A DNA stretch of 64,000 nucleotides, from IMG/VR virus record IMGVR_UViG_3300042485_001041, positions 17,219-81,218 of that record; one strand, given 5' to 3'. The notes beneath the pieces were generated by a model. That model was not told where the DNA came from, did no database searches, and was given only the letters and a program-made list of their open reading frames with translations. The DNA is from a virus. Shown in pieces: positions 1 through 8,949 of the stretch. Each line of letters begins with the position of its first letter. Within the stretch, counting starts at the first letter, position 1. A program made the translations under genes and the position numbers.

Positions 1-2
1 TG

Positions 3-170
3 GGTGTTATCGATCGTAAAGGTGGATGGTATTACTATGGTGACCGTAAGTGGCAAGGCACTGAAGCAGTCATTGACAGCATTCGTGCAGAGATTGATTT
101 AAAAGAAGAGATTCAAAAGTTAGTACTTACTTCAACCAACATACCTTCGACTGGAGATAGCGATGAGTAA
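3..170 (+). CDS. recA: RecA-like recombinase, C-terminal fragment (5' end outside window)
   Basis: Own translation GVIDRKGGWYYYGDRKWQGTEAVIDSIRAEIDLKEEIQK matches the RecA C-terminal domain pattern (GxIxKxGxWY...QG); lies in a recombination gene neighbourhood. Confidence 0.75.
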   Translation, partial: GVIDRKGGWYYYGDRKWQGTEAVIDSIRAEIDLKEEIQKLVLTSTNIPSTGDSDE

Positions 171-405
171 AGAATTCACCGTAAACGATGAAGCATGGGC
201 ACAAGATCTTGAAAAAGGTGTTGAAGACTACACAGACATGTTGTTTGAAGCAGTATGGGATGGCACAGAAGAAGTAGTACCAGAAACATTATCTGGAGAA
301 CCGTTCTGTGGTTGTTCTTCTTGTTTTTGGCGTGAAACTTTATTCTTCCTAGTACCTAAGATAATCAAAGGTTACGAGGATGGAAAACTAGAACTTGAAG
401 AGTGA
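163..405 (+). CDS. Hypothetical acidic protein with CGCxxC motif
   Basis: ORF with upstream GGAG, overlapping both neighbours. Confidence 0.7.
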   Translation: MSKEFTVNDEAWAQDLEKGVEDYTDMLFEAVWDGTEEVVPETLSGEPFCGCSSCFWRETLFFLVPKIIKGYEDGKLELEE

Positions 406-715
406 AGGTTTAAAGCAATCTCAAAAGCATGAGAAACGCCTAGCCAAAGCAGTTGGCGGAACACGCAACGCTGCATCTGGTGCACTCTGGTCTCGTAAAG
501 GGGACGTCCGTTCCGATGATCTGTTAATCGAACATAAATACACTGGTAAAAAAACTTACACATTAAAGGCTGATGATCTAGAAAAGAATGTTAAAAACGC
601 AATGCTAGAAAGCAGAATGCCTGTGTTCGGGATTAGTTTAAATAACAAAAACTATGTACTATTAACTGAAGATGATTTCCTGGAGATGAGAGAGAAACTA
701 CAATCCAATGGATGA
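395..715 (+). CDS. PD-(D/E)xK nuclease, Holliday-junction-resolvase-like
   Basis: HEKRLA...SGA...KGDV...LIEHK motif. Confidence 0.7.
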   Translation: MKSEGLKQSQKHEKRLAKAVGGTRNAASGALWSRKGDVRSDDLLIEHKYTGKKTYTLKADDLEKNVKNAMLESRMPVFGISLNNKNYVLLTEDDFLEMREKLQSNG

Positions 716-1043
716 ACCAGATTATTCCTGGCGTTACGAAGCACGTTGTAGGGGTAAGGATGAGACGACCCTAATCTTTTATCCTCCTAGAGATAAAGAT
801 CAATACAAAACCTTAGCAACACAAGCAAAGGCTATGTGTTTTGGTGAAACTGGGAAGAACCCGTGCCCAGTGCAGGCTGAGTGTTTGTGGGATGCAGTTT
901 CCCGCGACGAACCTCATGGTATCTGGGGTGGGCTATCGCACCGTGAAAGAAACGCCTTAATGCGAAAGTGGCAAAAGTTAAAGCGCTCAAAGAAAACAAC
1001 CCTAACCCTAGAAGATTTTATTTTCAGTAAGGACTATCAATGA
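708..1043 (+). CDS. whiB: WhiB-family Fe-S transcription regulator
   Basis: Four Cys (ARC...AKAMC...CPVQAEC) plus GIWGGLS turn motif. Confidence 0.9.
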   Translation: MDEPDYSWRYEARCRGKDETTLIFYPPRDKDQYKTLATQAKAMCFGETGKNPCPVQAECLWDAVSRDEPHGIWGGLSHRERNALMRKWQKLKRSKKTTLTLEDFIFSKDYQ

Positions 1044-1891
1044 GTACAGCCCCTTCAAAAGACTTAAAGAAGTTTTTGGATGCAACAAAGAAAGACACAC
1101 GATTAGTAGGGCCAATTGAACGGCACCTAATGCGTCAGCCAGAGGATGACCGTAGTACAACCGTGTTACACCCATCAGAGATGATTAAGGCTGACTTCTG
1201 CCATAAGTATTCTTACTACCTATTAATGGGTGGAAAGAAGAAAGGTGAGAAGCCAAGTCTTAGATTACAGAACATCTTTGATGAAGGTCACTTTATTCAT
1301 GAGAAGTGGCAGCGCCGCATCTATGAGATGGGCAATATGTATGGAGACTTTAAATGTCTAGTTTGTCAGAAGGTTACCTCTGGCCTATCACCTGCCAAGT
1401 GTGACCACTGTGACAGCACACGATTGTTCTATGATGAAGTAGCGTTAGTAGATCCAACTCTACGGATTGCTGGCCACACAGATGGTTGGGTAAAGGGATT
1501 AGGCGAAGACTTTTTAATTGAGATCAAGTCAATCGGAGAAGGAACATTCCGCTTTGAAGCCCCTAACCTATTAATGGATGCAGACAACAACTTAGTCAAG
1601 GCATGGAACAGCATTCGCCGTCCATTCCGAGGACACCTACTGCAAGGTCAGATGTATCTTGAGTTAGCCCGTCGTATGTACGGAGATGATGCGCCTAAAG
1701 AGATTATTTTCTTGTACGAACTAAAGGCCAATCAAGACTACAAAGAGTTCACAGTAAAAGCAGACTTTGAAATGGTTGATAGAGTTTTCTACAACGCACA
1801 GAAGATTAATGACGCTGTTGATGCAGGAGTTAGGCCTAAATGTAATATAAGTCCTGATGGCTGCAAACAGTGTGACTTGATTGGGGAATAA
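1040..1891 (+). CDS. Cas4-like PD-(D/E)xK exonuclease
   Basis: HPSE...C, G-H-T-D-G, IEIKS, Q-x-Q-M-Y and C-terminal C-x6-CxxC. Confidence 0.8.
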   Translation: MSTAPSKDLKKFLDATKKDTRLVGPIERHLMRQPEDDRSTTVLHPSEMIKADFCHKYSYYLLMGGKKKGEKPSLRLQNIFDEGHFIHEKWQRRIYEMGNMYGDFKCLVCQKVTSGLSPAKCDHCDSTRLFYDEVALVDPTLRIAGHTDGWVKGLGEDFLIEIKSIGEGTFRFEAPNLLMDADNNLVKAWNSIRRPFRGHLLQGQMYLELARRMYGDDAPKEIIFLYELKANQDYKEFTVKADFEMVDRVFYNAQKINDAVDAGVRPKCNISPDGCKQCDLIGE

Positions 1892-2349
1892 TGGAACTAG
1901 ATCCAGCACTAAAGAAAGGTTTAGACTTACCTAAACCATCCTACGATCAAGCCGTATTGCCGCCCGATATCACGGTACTTAACAGTGAGCAGTTGGCTGA
2001 GATGTTTACCATACTAACTGGCTGGGCAGATTACATAGCCTCTCAGTTGGTACAGGCTCAGTTGGCTGAGCGTGACTCCTTGCGTAGAGCAGAGTTTGCT
2101 GAGAACAAAGCGTTAGTGTTAAACACTCCCCCACCAAAGGGGCTGACGATGACAATCATCAAAGCAAAGATCGACATCGATCCAGATATTATGGCTTTGC
2201 GTGATAAGTATGAAGCGTGTTACGCTTATCGAAAGATGATGGAAATGATGCTCACTAACCAGGAACGAGATATAACACTGGTTTCACGAGAGATCACCCG
2301 TCGGACATCAGACCAACGAGCATTCCGAAAGGATTATGGGACATTATGA
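1891..2349 (+). CDS. Helical protein, possibly UvsY-like recombination mediator
   Basis: All-helical 152 aa protein in a RecA/nuclease module; function inferred only. Confidence 0.45.
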   Translation: MELDPALKKGLDLPKPSYDQAVLPPDITVLNSEQLAEMFTILTGWADYIASQLVQAQLAERDSLRRAEFAENKALVLNTPPPKGLTMTIIKAKIDIDPDIMALRDKYEACYAYRKMMEMMLTNQERDITLVSREITRRTSDQRAFRKDYGTL

Positions 2350-3236
2350 AGAGGGTAATAATTGCGTTAGTAGTTTTATTTGCGGGGTTTTCACCAGCAA
2401 GTGCAGAGACACCACCAGCCATTGTTGTAATTGATACTGGTGTTAACTCATCGCTATTCAAAGACAGCATTGTTTATGAGGTTTGTTTAGTTTCATCATT
2501 CAAATGCCCAAACGGTAAAATGACGATGGAAGGTGCTGGAGCAGCAAATCTGCCAGCAACTACAAATAAAGCCTTTAACCACGGCACACAGATGCTTTCA
2601 TTAGTATTAAAGGTTAACCCAACAGCAAAAGTAATTCCTATCCGTATTGTAGGAATGGCGCCAAACGGTAATCCAGGTTTCTATTCTATGGATGATGTAC
2701 AGAACGCATTGAACTGGGTTGTAGCCAACAGAATTAAGTACAACATTGCAGTTGTTAGCCTTGCACAGGGCGCAGTATTTGCTAAGTGCAGAGTTCCAGC
2801 AGGTATGACAGAGAGTATTGCTACTTTAAAAGCAGCAAACGTTCCAGTAGTTACAGCAGTTGGTAACAACGGTAACCGAACATCAGTATTCTCACCTGCC
2901 TGCTTGCCAGATACAGTCTCTGTTGGAGCAACAGATAACCCACATCCAGGTTCAAGCGGGCTTGCCTATGACCCAACTGCAAAGCCATACATTGCTCGTT
3001 ACAGTAACGGTGCCCAAGGTCAGACTGACTTCTTCCTAAACGCTCGTTGGTACGCAACGATGCTTGATGGATCAACTAAGTTCACCGTTGGCACATCCAA
3101 CGCAACAGCAGTGTTGGCTGGATGGTGGTTACTGAATAGAAAAGAAAGTTTGGACGCAACATTCAATGCGTTGATGGCGACAACTATTGAAACAAAGAAC
3201 GAATTCCAAACAGGAAGGTACATCGTTATTCCATGA
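2346..3236 (+). CDS. Secreted subtilisin-like (S8) serine peptidase
   Basis: Signal peptide ending ASA; catalytic motifs VIDTG, HGT, GTS; oxyanion-hole AVGN. Confidence 0.9.
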   Translation: MKRVIIALVVLFAGFSPASAETPPAIVVIDTGVNSSLFKDSIVYEVCLVSSFKCPNGKMTMEGAGAANLPATTNKAFNHGTQMLSLVLKVNPTAKVIPIRIVGMAPNGNPGFYSMDDVQNALNWVVANRIKYNIAVVSLAQGAVFAKCRVPAGMTESIATLKAANVPVVTAVGNNGNRTSVFSPACLPDTVSVGATDNPHPGSSGLAYDPTAKPYIARYSNGAQGQTDFFLNARWYATMLDGSTKFTVGTSNATAVLAGWWLLNRKESLDATFNALMATTIETKNEFQTGRYIVIP

Positions 3237-3769
3237 TCATTGGACTGAGTGGCTACGCACAATCTGGTAAGGATACTGTTGCTGATATTTTAACGGCTAA
3301 GTATGGTTACAAACGAGTTGCCTTTGCTGATCCTATCCGTAAATTACTGTACGAATTAAACCCACACTTAAGTAAACATCACTCTTTACAAGAGTTTGTG
3401 GATGAGTATGGTTGGGATATTGCAAAGAAAACTTCAGAGGTGCGTAGCCTTCTTCAGAACTTAGGAGTAGCAGCGCGTAAAGTTATAAACGAAGATGTGT
3501 GGGTAAAGGCCGCACTGCAGGAGGTAACTGTTGACGGAAATTACGTTGTTACTGACGTTCGGTTTGAAAACGAAGCAGCAATGATTAAGTTAATGGGTGG
3601 AGAAGTTTGGCGAGTTAAACGCCCAGGAGTAGAGGCAGTTAACGACCACATTTCTGAACACGCATTAGATGGATATAAAGCAGATCGTATTTTAAGCAAC
3701 GGGGGAACGCTTGAAGAACTAGCCTTTCTAGTTCAATCAAGAATGGGTTCCCTCGTACATGCCGACTAA
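3233..3769 (+). CDS. Deoxynucleoside monophosphate kinase
   Basis: GLSGYAQSGKDT P-loop, AFADP, R-x-LLQ, DVRFENE motifs. Confidence 0.9.
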   Translation: MIIGLSGYAQSGKDTVADILTAKYGYKRVAFADPIRKLLYELNPHLSKHHSLQEFVDEYGWDIAKKTSEVRSLLQNLGVAARKVINEDVWVKAALQEVTVDGNYVVTDVRFENEAAMIKLMGGEVWRVKRPGVEAVNDHISEHALDGYKADRILSNGGTLEELAFLVQSRMGSLVHAD

Positions 3770-4340
3770 AAATATCGACGGTGGTTTAACCGAAGACGAT
3801 TGCAACATTGCAGTTGGTATTGATCAATCGTTGACAGGATTTGCCCTTTCAGCGGTTCAAATAGATGACCCATCTAAACATCTAACATGGGTTTATAAAT
3901 CTCCTTATTTTGGTATTGAGAGATTAGCCGATATCCGTCAATGGTTAACAGACCACCTTCATTATCTAAATGAAAAGTTCTGGATCGAAGATATAGCCAT
4001 GGAAGGTACAGTTCTAGCAAGTCATGCAGCCCTAGTATTAGGGGAACTATCTGCCACAGTTCGTTTATCTATCTTTGATTTCTTCCACGATGAACGCAAA
4101 TATCCGCTAAAAGTTCCACCAATGACCTTAAAGAAGTATGCAGCAGGTAAGGGTAATGCCAAGAAACAGGAGATGCTCCTACAAATTTACAAGCGATGGG
4201 GTGTTGAGTTCAACGACGACAACGCAGCCGATGCCTACGCATTAGCCAGATTAGTTGGCGGAGTGCAAATTGATGCTATTGAGAAGGCTGTAGTTGAGCA
4301 AATGAAAGATGCTAAATACCGAGACCAACCACGTATTTAG
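3759..4340 (+). CDS. ruvC: RuvC-like Holliday junction resolvase
   Basis: GIDQSLTG, AMEG, LKKYAAGKGNAKK, DDNAADA motifs. Confidence 0.85.
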   Translation: MPTKNIDGGLTEDDCNIAVGIDQSLTGFALSAVQIDDPSKHLTWVYKSPYFGIERLADIRQWLTDHLHYLNEKFWIEDIAMEGTVLASHAALVLGELSATVRLSIFDFFHDERKYPLKVPPMTLKKYAAGKGNAKKQEMLLQIYKRWGVEFNDDNAADAYALARLVGGVQIDAIEKAVVEQMKDAKYRDQPRI

Positions 4341-4393
4341 CCTTACCCTTTAGTTCAGGAGTGGCACACCAAATCGAACTAAAGGACTAACAA

Positions 4394-4681
4394 TTGAATA
4401 ACGAGAGTATCCCTACCGAAGAAGACTTCCTACGGGTAAGTGCAAGTTCAAACCCTCAGAGTGTTGCCTCAGCCATTGCTCATGCAATCTATGATAAAAA
4501 AGAAGTAAAACTTCGTGCTGTAGGAGCAGGTGCCGTAAATCAGGCAGTTAAAGCCATTGCAATTTCTAGAGGCTATGTAGCCCCACGTGGCATGGATCTA
4601 TCCTGTGTACCAGGGTTTACTACTATCCAGAGCCGTGACGGTGAAATTTCGGCCATTGTCTTTGCCATTACAGCACACTAA
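4394..4681 (+). CDS. spoVS: SpoVS-family (Alba-like) nucleic-acid-binding protein
   Basis: LRVSASSNPQSVASAIA...AVGAGAVNQAVKAIAISRG is the SpoVS signature. Confidence 0.9.
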   Translation: MNNESIPTEEDFLRVSASSNPQSVASAIAHAIYDKKEVKLRAVGAGAVNQAVKAIAISRGYVAPRGMDLSCVPGFTTIQSRDGEISAIVFAITAH

Positions 4682-4718
4682 AACAGTTCTATCCTTGTAC
4701 TTAGATTAAGGAGTCAAC

Positions 4719-5180
4719 ATGGCTAATTGGACAGATATGGGTCACGCAATGCGTCGCCGCATGGGCGCACCTTCAAACCATCATGAAGCGACAGGAGCCT
4801 CAATGAGCAACAGAACTAACCTAACCCCAGAAGAGATTATTGCTTCAGTAGAGCACGCAACCAGCCCACGTCGTTACATGGGTATGATCGCCAGTGCTGT
4901 AAACGTGACTGCAACATCTCCACTAAAAGGCAAACTTATGCCTAAGAAGAACACACAAGCAGCCGATCCAACTATTGCTAACAAGGCCAATAAGAAGAAC
5001 GTTCTTGCAGGAAATGCATCACAGGCTGAACGCTTGGGTGCTCGTTATTCTATCGGTGTTAAGTTTCCAAAGGGAACAAACATTGAGTCATCATCAACAA
5101 TGGGTAGCGCAAGAATGGTTCCATCTGTTTCTGGTCGTCAAGCACCTAACTTTGATGCTGGAATGAGCGGCCCTTACTAA
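4719..5180 (+). CDS. Hypothetical basic protein
   Basis: Strong RBS (AAGGAG), intact ORF. Confidence 0.7.
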   Translation: MANWTDMGHAMRRRMGAPSNHHEATGASMSNRTNLTPEEIIASVEHATSPRRYMGMIASAVNVTATSPLKGKLMPKKNTQAADPTIANKANKKNVLAGNASQAERLGARYSIGVKFPKGTNIESSSTMGSARMVPSVSGRQAPNFDAGMSGPY

Positions 5181-5181
5181 A

Positions 5182-5430
5182 ATGTTATCGCAGCCCCAAT
5201 TTCAATCAGGGCAGGCGCAACCGCAGGCACCTGATGCGCCACCTCCGTTGTCGTTGAGCAAAAACACAACAGGTAGTGCAGCGCAGGCTACTGCATGGAG
5301 TAACCGCAGTCTTGGTGGAGGTAAGCCTCTTGCTTACTCAAGTAAGACTCGTGGCACCACCTTTAATTGGGACGATACGCAACAAACAAACTTGCCTTCA
5401 TCCGATAAGGGTGCTGGGCGAAATGAGTAA
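5182..5430 (+). CDS. Small disordered protein with LSxxQF leader
   Basis: Starts MLSQPQF; tightly packed between neighbours. Confidence 0.65.
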   Translation: MLSQPQFQSGQAQPQAPDAPPPLSLSKNTTGSAAQATAWSNRSLGGGKPLAYSSKTRGTTFNWDDTQQTNLPSSDKGAGRNE

Positions 5431-5950
5431 AAAAAGTCCTCGTATAAATTCTGAAACTTTAACTCGACCTACTGGATTTCACCCTGCGTTGAGTGCTGTT
5501 GAGTTTGCCGCACGCACAAATGCTAAGCCATTGGTAGACGAACATGGCGTAGAGCGTGGTTTAACTATGAACGTGCACACTGGCGTTACGACCGATGAGA
5601 AACCAGCAGTTGGTTACGCAGTTGGTGGAGAGCGTGATGTTCAGGGCAAACGAATTAACACCAAAAAAGTTAGTTCAGGAAGTAAAGACCCTAAATTAAC
5701 CGCAAATGATGTTTCTAAGTTCTCAGAAAAGATACGAATGGGAACTAAGGACAAGAATGTAAACATGGGTTCATGGGTAGACTCAAGCAAGACAAAGAGT
5801 GGTGTTCAACTTGATGCTTCTCGCGTCTATACAGATAAAGAAGAAGCCACAAAGAAGATGGAAGAACGTAAAGAGGACGCTATGTACGATGTACAGACCT
5901 TTGAAACCATTCGTAACACCAAGAAGAAGCCACGAGAGAAGAATAAATAA
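5423..5950 (+). CDS. Hypothetical protein (start re-assigned to ATG 5423)
   Basis: ATG overlaps the end of the upstream gene; globular-looking core GYAV...GSWVD...LD. Confidence 0.65.
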   Translation: MSKKSPRINSETLTRPTGFHPALSAVEFAARTNAKPLVDEHGVERGLTMNVHTGVTTDEKPAVGYAVGGERDVQGKRINTKKVSSGSKDPKLTANDVSKFSEKIRMGTKDKNVNMGSWVDSSKTKSGVQLDASRVYTDKEEATKKMEERKEDAMYDVQTFETIRNTKKKPREKNK

Positions 5951-6483
5951 TGGCTGGCGGTCCTAACAACCTTTCAGCCTCACAGAACTGGCAATCACTC
6001 GGTGGTGGCGGATTTAATGGCTATAACAATCAAGGCGGTGCAGGCACTCCTGTAGCCCGTGACACGATGGATAGCCTACGCATTGGCGTAGGTCGAGTTC
6101 CTTCTGCCGAGTATCCAGATGGTTATCTTGGAACAATTCGTTCACGTCGTGATGACCGTCTGTTAGATTCAATTAAGAATCGCGTCAATCAAAAATCTTA
6201 TCAACGTGGTGTACATAAAGGTGAGCGCATTGAGCCATCAATGTACTACTGGCCTGAAGAGGTTAACCCTATGATGGGTATTCAACGTCAAATGGCAGCA
6301 GTTATTGATACTTCATCAGGTGCAACAGTTTACCGTTCATTGCGTAACGCTCCTCAAATCCACCTAACCCCTGCTCCTCACCTTGTCAATGATGGCAAGG
6401 CAAATACAAGAGCAGATGAGCCAGGTCAGATTAATGCCCGTCGTCAAGCAATGCTTGCATACTTGAGACCAGCGTGGAACTAA
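5950..6483 (+). CDS. Hypothetical protein with NLS-type leader (MAGGPNNLSASQNW)
   Basis: TAATG coupling; 177 aa ORF. Confidence 0.7.
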   Translation: MAGGPNNLSASQNWQSLGGGGFNGYNNQGGAGTPVARDTMDSLRIGVGRVPSAEYPDGYLGTIRSRRDDRLLDSIKNRVNQKSYQRGVHKGERIEPSMYYWPEEVNPMMGIQRQMAAVIDTSSGATVYRSLRNAPQIHLTPAPHLVNDGKANTRADEPGQINARRQAMLAYLRPAWN

Positions 6484-6846
6484 ATGACACAGAAGTTTGA
6501 TGGAGTTTACGATCACACAAAGCCATGGCGTGCACCCGTTCAGCCAGACCTTGTAGCAAAGAAGTACTCCTATTACGGCCCATGGGCATCCAACATGGAA
6601 CGCCTAACACAACAGGCGCTAATGATTATGAATGTTCCAGGCGCTGATATTCAAGCGATGGTTCGTCCACCTCTGCCTCAGATCCAGTTGTTTCCTGCTC
6701 GTTATGGCTACGGAGACCGCTCACAGCCAGGTATTGATGACATTGTGACTATCGACAGAAATTACACAGAGCCTCGTGTATCTTGGTTCTCAGGTGGCGT
6801 TGCTGGTTATCAAGCAGCCGAGCGTAATGGATTGGGCGGTATCTAA
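6484..6846 (+). CDS. Hypothetical protein
   Basis: Abuts both neighbours. Confidence 0.7.
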   Translation: MTQKFDGVYDHTKPWRAPVQPDLVAKKYSYYGPWASNMERLTQQALMIMNVPGADIQAMVRPPLPQIQLFPARYGYGDRSQPGIDDIVTIDRNYTEPRVSWFSGGVAGYQAAERNGLGGI

Positions 6847-7043
6847 TGGATGGTGACGGTATGCTATCAATGGAATTACAGGCTCGTCAGATTGCTGAAA
6901 ACGCAACACGTTACAACGGTTCTGCCCCATGTCCAACCTGTGGAGTTGTTATGAACCCTGTAGAATTTATGAACAATAAAGGTCACTGTTTGTCCTGCGT
7001 AACACAACGCAAGGCATCCATAGCGAAAGGTAAGATGGCATAA
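6846..7043 (+). CDS. Small zinc-finger protein
   Basis: CPTC...CLSC. Confidence 0.7.
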   Translation: MDGDGMLSMELQARQIAENATRYNGSAPCPTCGVVMNPVEFMNNKGHCLSCVTQRKASIAKGKMA

Positions 7044-7441
7044 TGGCTACTAATGGTATGGATTCATTGAGCAATAACAAACCGCCACGTAAGGCAAAAT
7101 CAAATCCTATTATTTATAAAAAGGAAAAGCCTTCAATGAAACCTGCGATGAGCGAAGACCGTAAGTCTTATCAAGTCAGTAAAAATGTAACTGTACTTGG
7201 CGGCGGCATCGGTGGCGAAACTAAATACCGTAACAAAATTGACTCTAGAGATTTAAAGGGTGCTGCACAAGCAGTTCGTCAAAATGTAAATGCTGTTACT
7301 CCTATTTCAAAATCAGAAGCAAAAGCAAATGCTCGTGGTTTAAAGGCTGCAAATGCGTCAAAGAGATCACCTTCCGCTTTAAGTCAAAAGATTGCAAAGA
7401 AGATGTACCCAGCAGGCGTACCTAAGATGGGAAAGAAGTAA
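7043..7441 (+). CDS. Lys-rich basic hypothetical protein
   Basis: TAATG coupling; part of the small-gene array. Confidence 0.65.
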   Translation: MATNGMDSLSNNKPPRKAKSNPIIYKKEKPSMKPAMSEDRKSYQVSKNVTVLGGGIGGETKYRNKIDSRDLKGAAQAVRQNVNAVTPISKSEAKANARGLKAANASKRSPSALSQKIAKKMYPAGVPKMGKK

Positions 7442-7443
7442 TC

Positions 7444-7650
7444 ATGGCCGTTAATATGACACGCTCAATGAACCAATCACTGGCTAGTGGTGCTACCGAT
7501 GGTAAGTACCGCAAAATTCGCCCAGATACAGAAGTTATTCCTGGACAAGGCAATGAAGAGACACTAGCAAATCGTCAATCTCTACATCCTTTCTACGGTT
7601 ATGGTTTCATTACATCTGAGTATCCAAACAAAGTTAATCCAGGGAAGTAA
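7444..7650 (+). CDS. Hypothetical protein
   Basis: Array member with conserved junction. Confidence 0.65.
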   Translation: MAVNMTRSMNQSLASGATDGKYRKIRPDTEVIPGQGNEETLANRQSLHPFYGYGFITSEYPNKVNPGK

Positions 7651-7652
7651 TT

Positions 7653-7925
7653 ATGCGAAGCAAACCAAGAAGCCCACTTCTAGGTGGAAAACGTATGCTT
7701 GCAAATGAAATGCCAAAACCAGGTAGCAAGTATTTTCCAACATCAAAGGTAACCCCAGAAGAACATTTATCTCATCCTGAAACACGTATTGGATTAGATC
7801 CAAATACTGGTAAATCAGTTGTATACAGCGGTGAACTTGGTGGACGCCATGTTGTTGATCCTGTTCCAGTAAGTGGTTCTTTTTTGGCTCGCAACTTCCA
7901 TGATCGCAGAAAAAAAGGTAAGTAA
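7653..7925 (+). CDS. Hypothetical basic protein
   Basis: Array member with conserved junction. Confidence 0.65.
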   Translation: MRSKPRSPLLGGKRMLANEMPKPGSKYFPTSKVTPEEHLSHPETRIGLDPNTGKSVVYSGELGGRHVVDPVPVSGSFLARNFHDRRKKGK

Positions 7926-8074
7926 TGTTTGGTAACTTGTCCAGCCCTCAATTTGGCAGTTCAATGCCTAAACCTAAAATGGGTGCAAGCGCAGGTCCTC
8001 TTGGGTCTTCTAATATGCCTAACCAATCAGGTTCTATGGGCAGCAAAATGATGCCTATGAGAGGCGGAATGTAA
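7925..8074 (+). CDS. 49-aa Met/Gly/Ser-rich peptide with NLSxxQF leader (not in ORF track)
   Basis: Own translation MFGNLSSPQFGSSMPKPKMG...RGGM; fills the gap with TAATG coupling. Confidence 0.65.
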   Translation: MFGNLSSPQFGSSMPKPKMGASAGPLGSSNMPNQSGSMGSKMMPMRGGM

Positions 8075-8076
8075 TC

Positions 8077-8466
8077 ATGGCTATTATCCGTAAAGGCGAC
8101 AAAGAAGCAGAACATAAACTTAATCTCCGTGCTATAGCACAATCAGGAAATAGAAACAAGGCTTCTGATAAGAAGACAACTAAAGCAGGACTTTCTTTTA
8201 TAAACAAAAATAAAACAGCAATTACCGTTGATCCAAGTAAGATAATGGTTTCAAAAGATAAATCAGGAAAATCTTCTGCAAATTATAGAGGAGACTTTAA
8301 AGGCCCAATTAGTGGGTCAGCAATTGCCTCTTCAAAAGCAAGTAAAAAAAGAACTTTAGAAAGACAAGGTTCTGGGGTAATTCAAAGCGGAAGATTGGTT
8401 AAGGGCGGCGGTGTTGCTCGAATTGCTGGGTTGGCTAAAGACGTTAAAAAGAAATCAGGTAAGTAA
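8077..8466 (+). CDS. Lys-rich basic hypothetical protein
   Basis: Array member. Confidence 0.65.
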   Translation: MAIIRKGDKEAEHKLNLRAIAQSGNRNKASDKKTTKAGLSFINKNKTAITVDPSKIMVSKDKSGKSSANYRGDFKGPISGSAIASSKASKKRTLERQGSGVIQSGRLVKGGGVARIAGLAKDVKKKSGK

Positions 8467-8468
8467 TC

Positions 8469-8654
8469 ATGGCTAATCCAGTTCCAGATCGTTCACAAGA
8501 TAGCAAAGACGCAAAAATGGCTAGAGATATGGTCAGTGGCATGACTGGAAACATGAAAGCCAAATGTGGCCACGAAGATATGCTCGGTTATTTTTCAGGA
8601 ACAGTATGCGGTAAGTGTGCTCGTAAAAACCAAAAGAAAGCAATGGGTAAGTAA
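8469..8654 (+). CDS. Small Zn-binding protein
   Basis: CGH...CGKC; N-terminal VPDR shared with next ORF. Confidence 0.65.
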   Translation: MANPVPDRSQDSKDAKMARDMVSGMTGNMKAKCGHEDMLGYFSGTVCGKCARKNQKKAMGK

Positions 8655-8656
8655 CT

Positions 8657-8947
8657 ATGGCAGCAACAGCCGTACCTGATCGTGGGGATGACCCAAACCG
8701 TCGTATAAATGTAGGTAAATATTCTATTGAGTATGGACATAACCCTTTTACAGGACAACCAGAAGCGTGGGCGGGATCTTCAGCACGTCACAACTGGGGA
8801 AGAGCCTATGCCTCAACTATGCATGAAGACGGGAGTATCTCTCACGGTTCTCGTGGAACTGACCCTGTTCCTGCAAAGTATGTACAAACACATATTGAAC
8901 GGACATTAAGAAATATGCCTTCAAAAAAACCGAATTTAGGTAACTAA
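8657..8947 (+). CDS. Hypothetical protein
   Basis: N-terminal VPDR; array member. Confidence 0.65.
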   Translation: MAATAVPDRGDDPNRRINVGKYSIEYGHNPFTGQPEAWAGSSARHNWGRAYASTMHEDGSISHGSRGTDPVPAKYVQTHIERTLRNMPSKKPNLGN

Positions 8948-8949
8948 TC

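Noticed and set aside
1040-1891. Cas4-like gene as part of a CRISPR-Cas system
   Set aside because: No other cas genes and no repeat-spacer array seen; stand-alone Cas4-like exonucleases are common in phage recombination modules.
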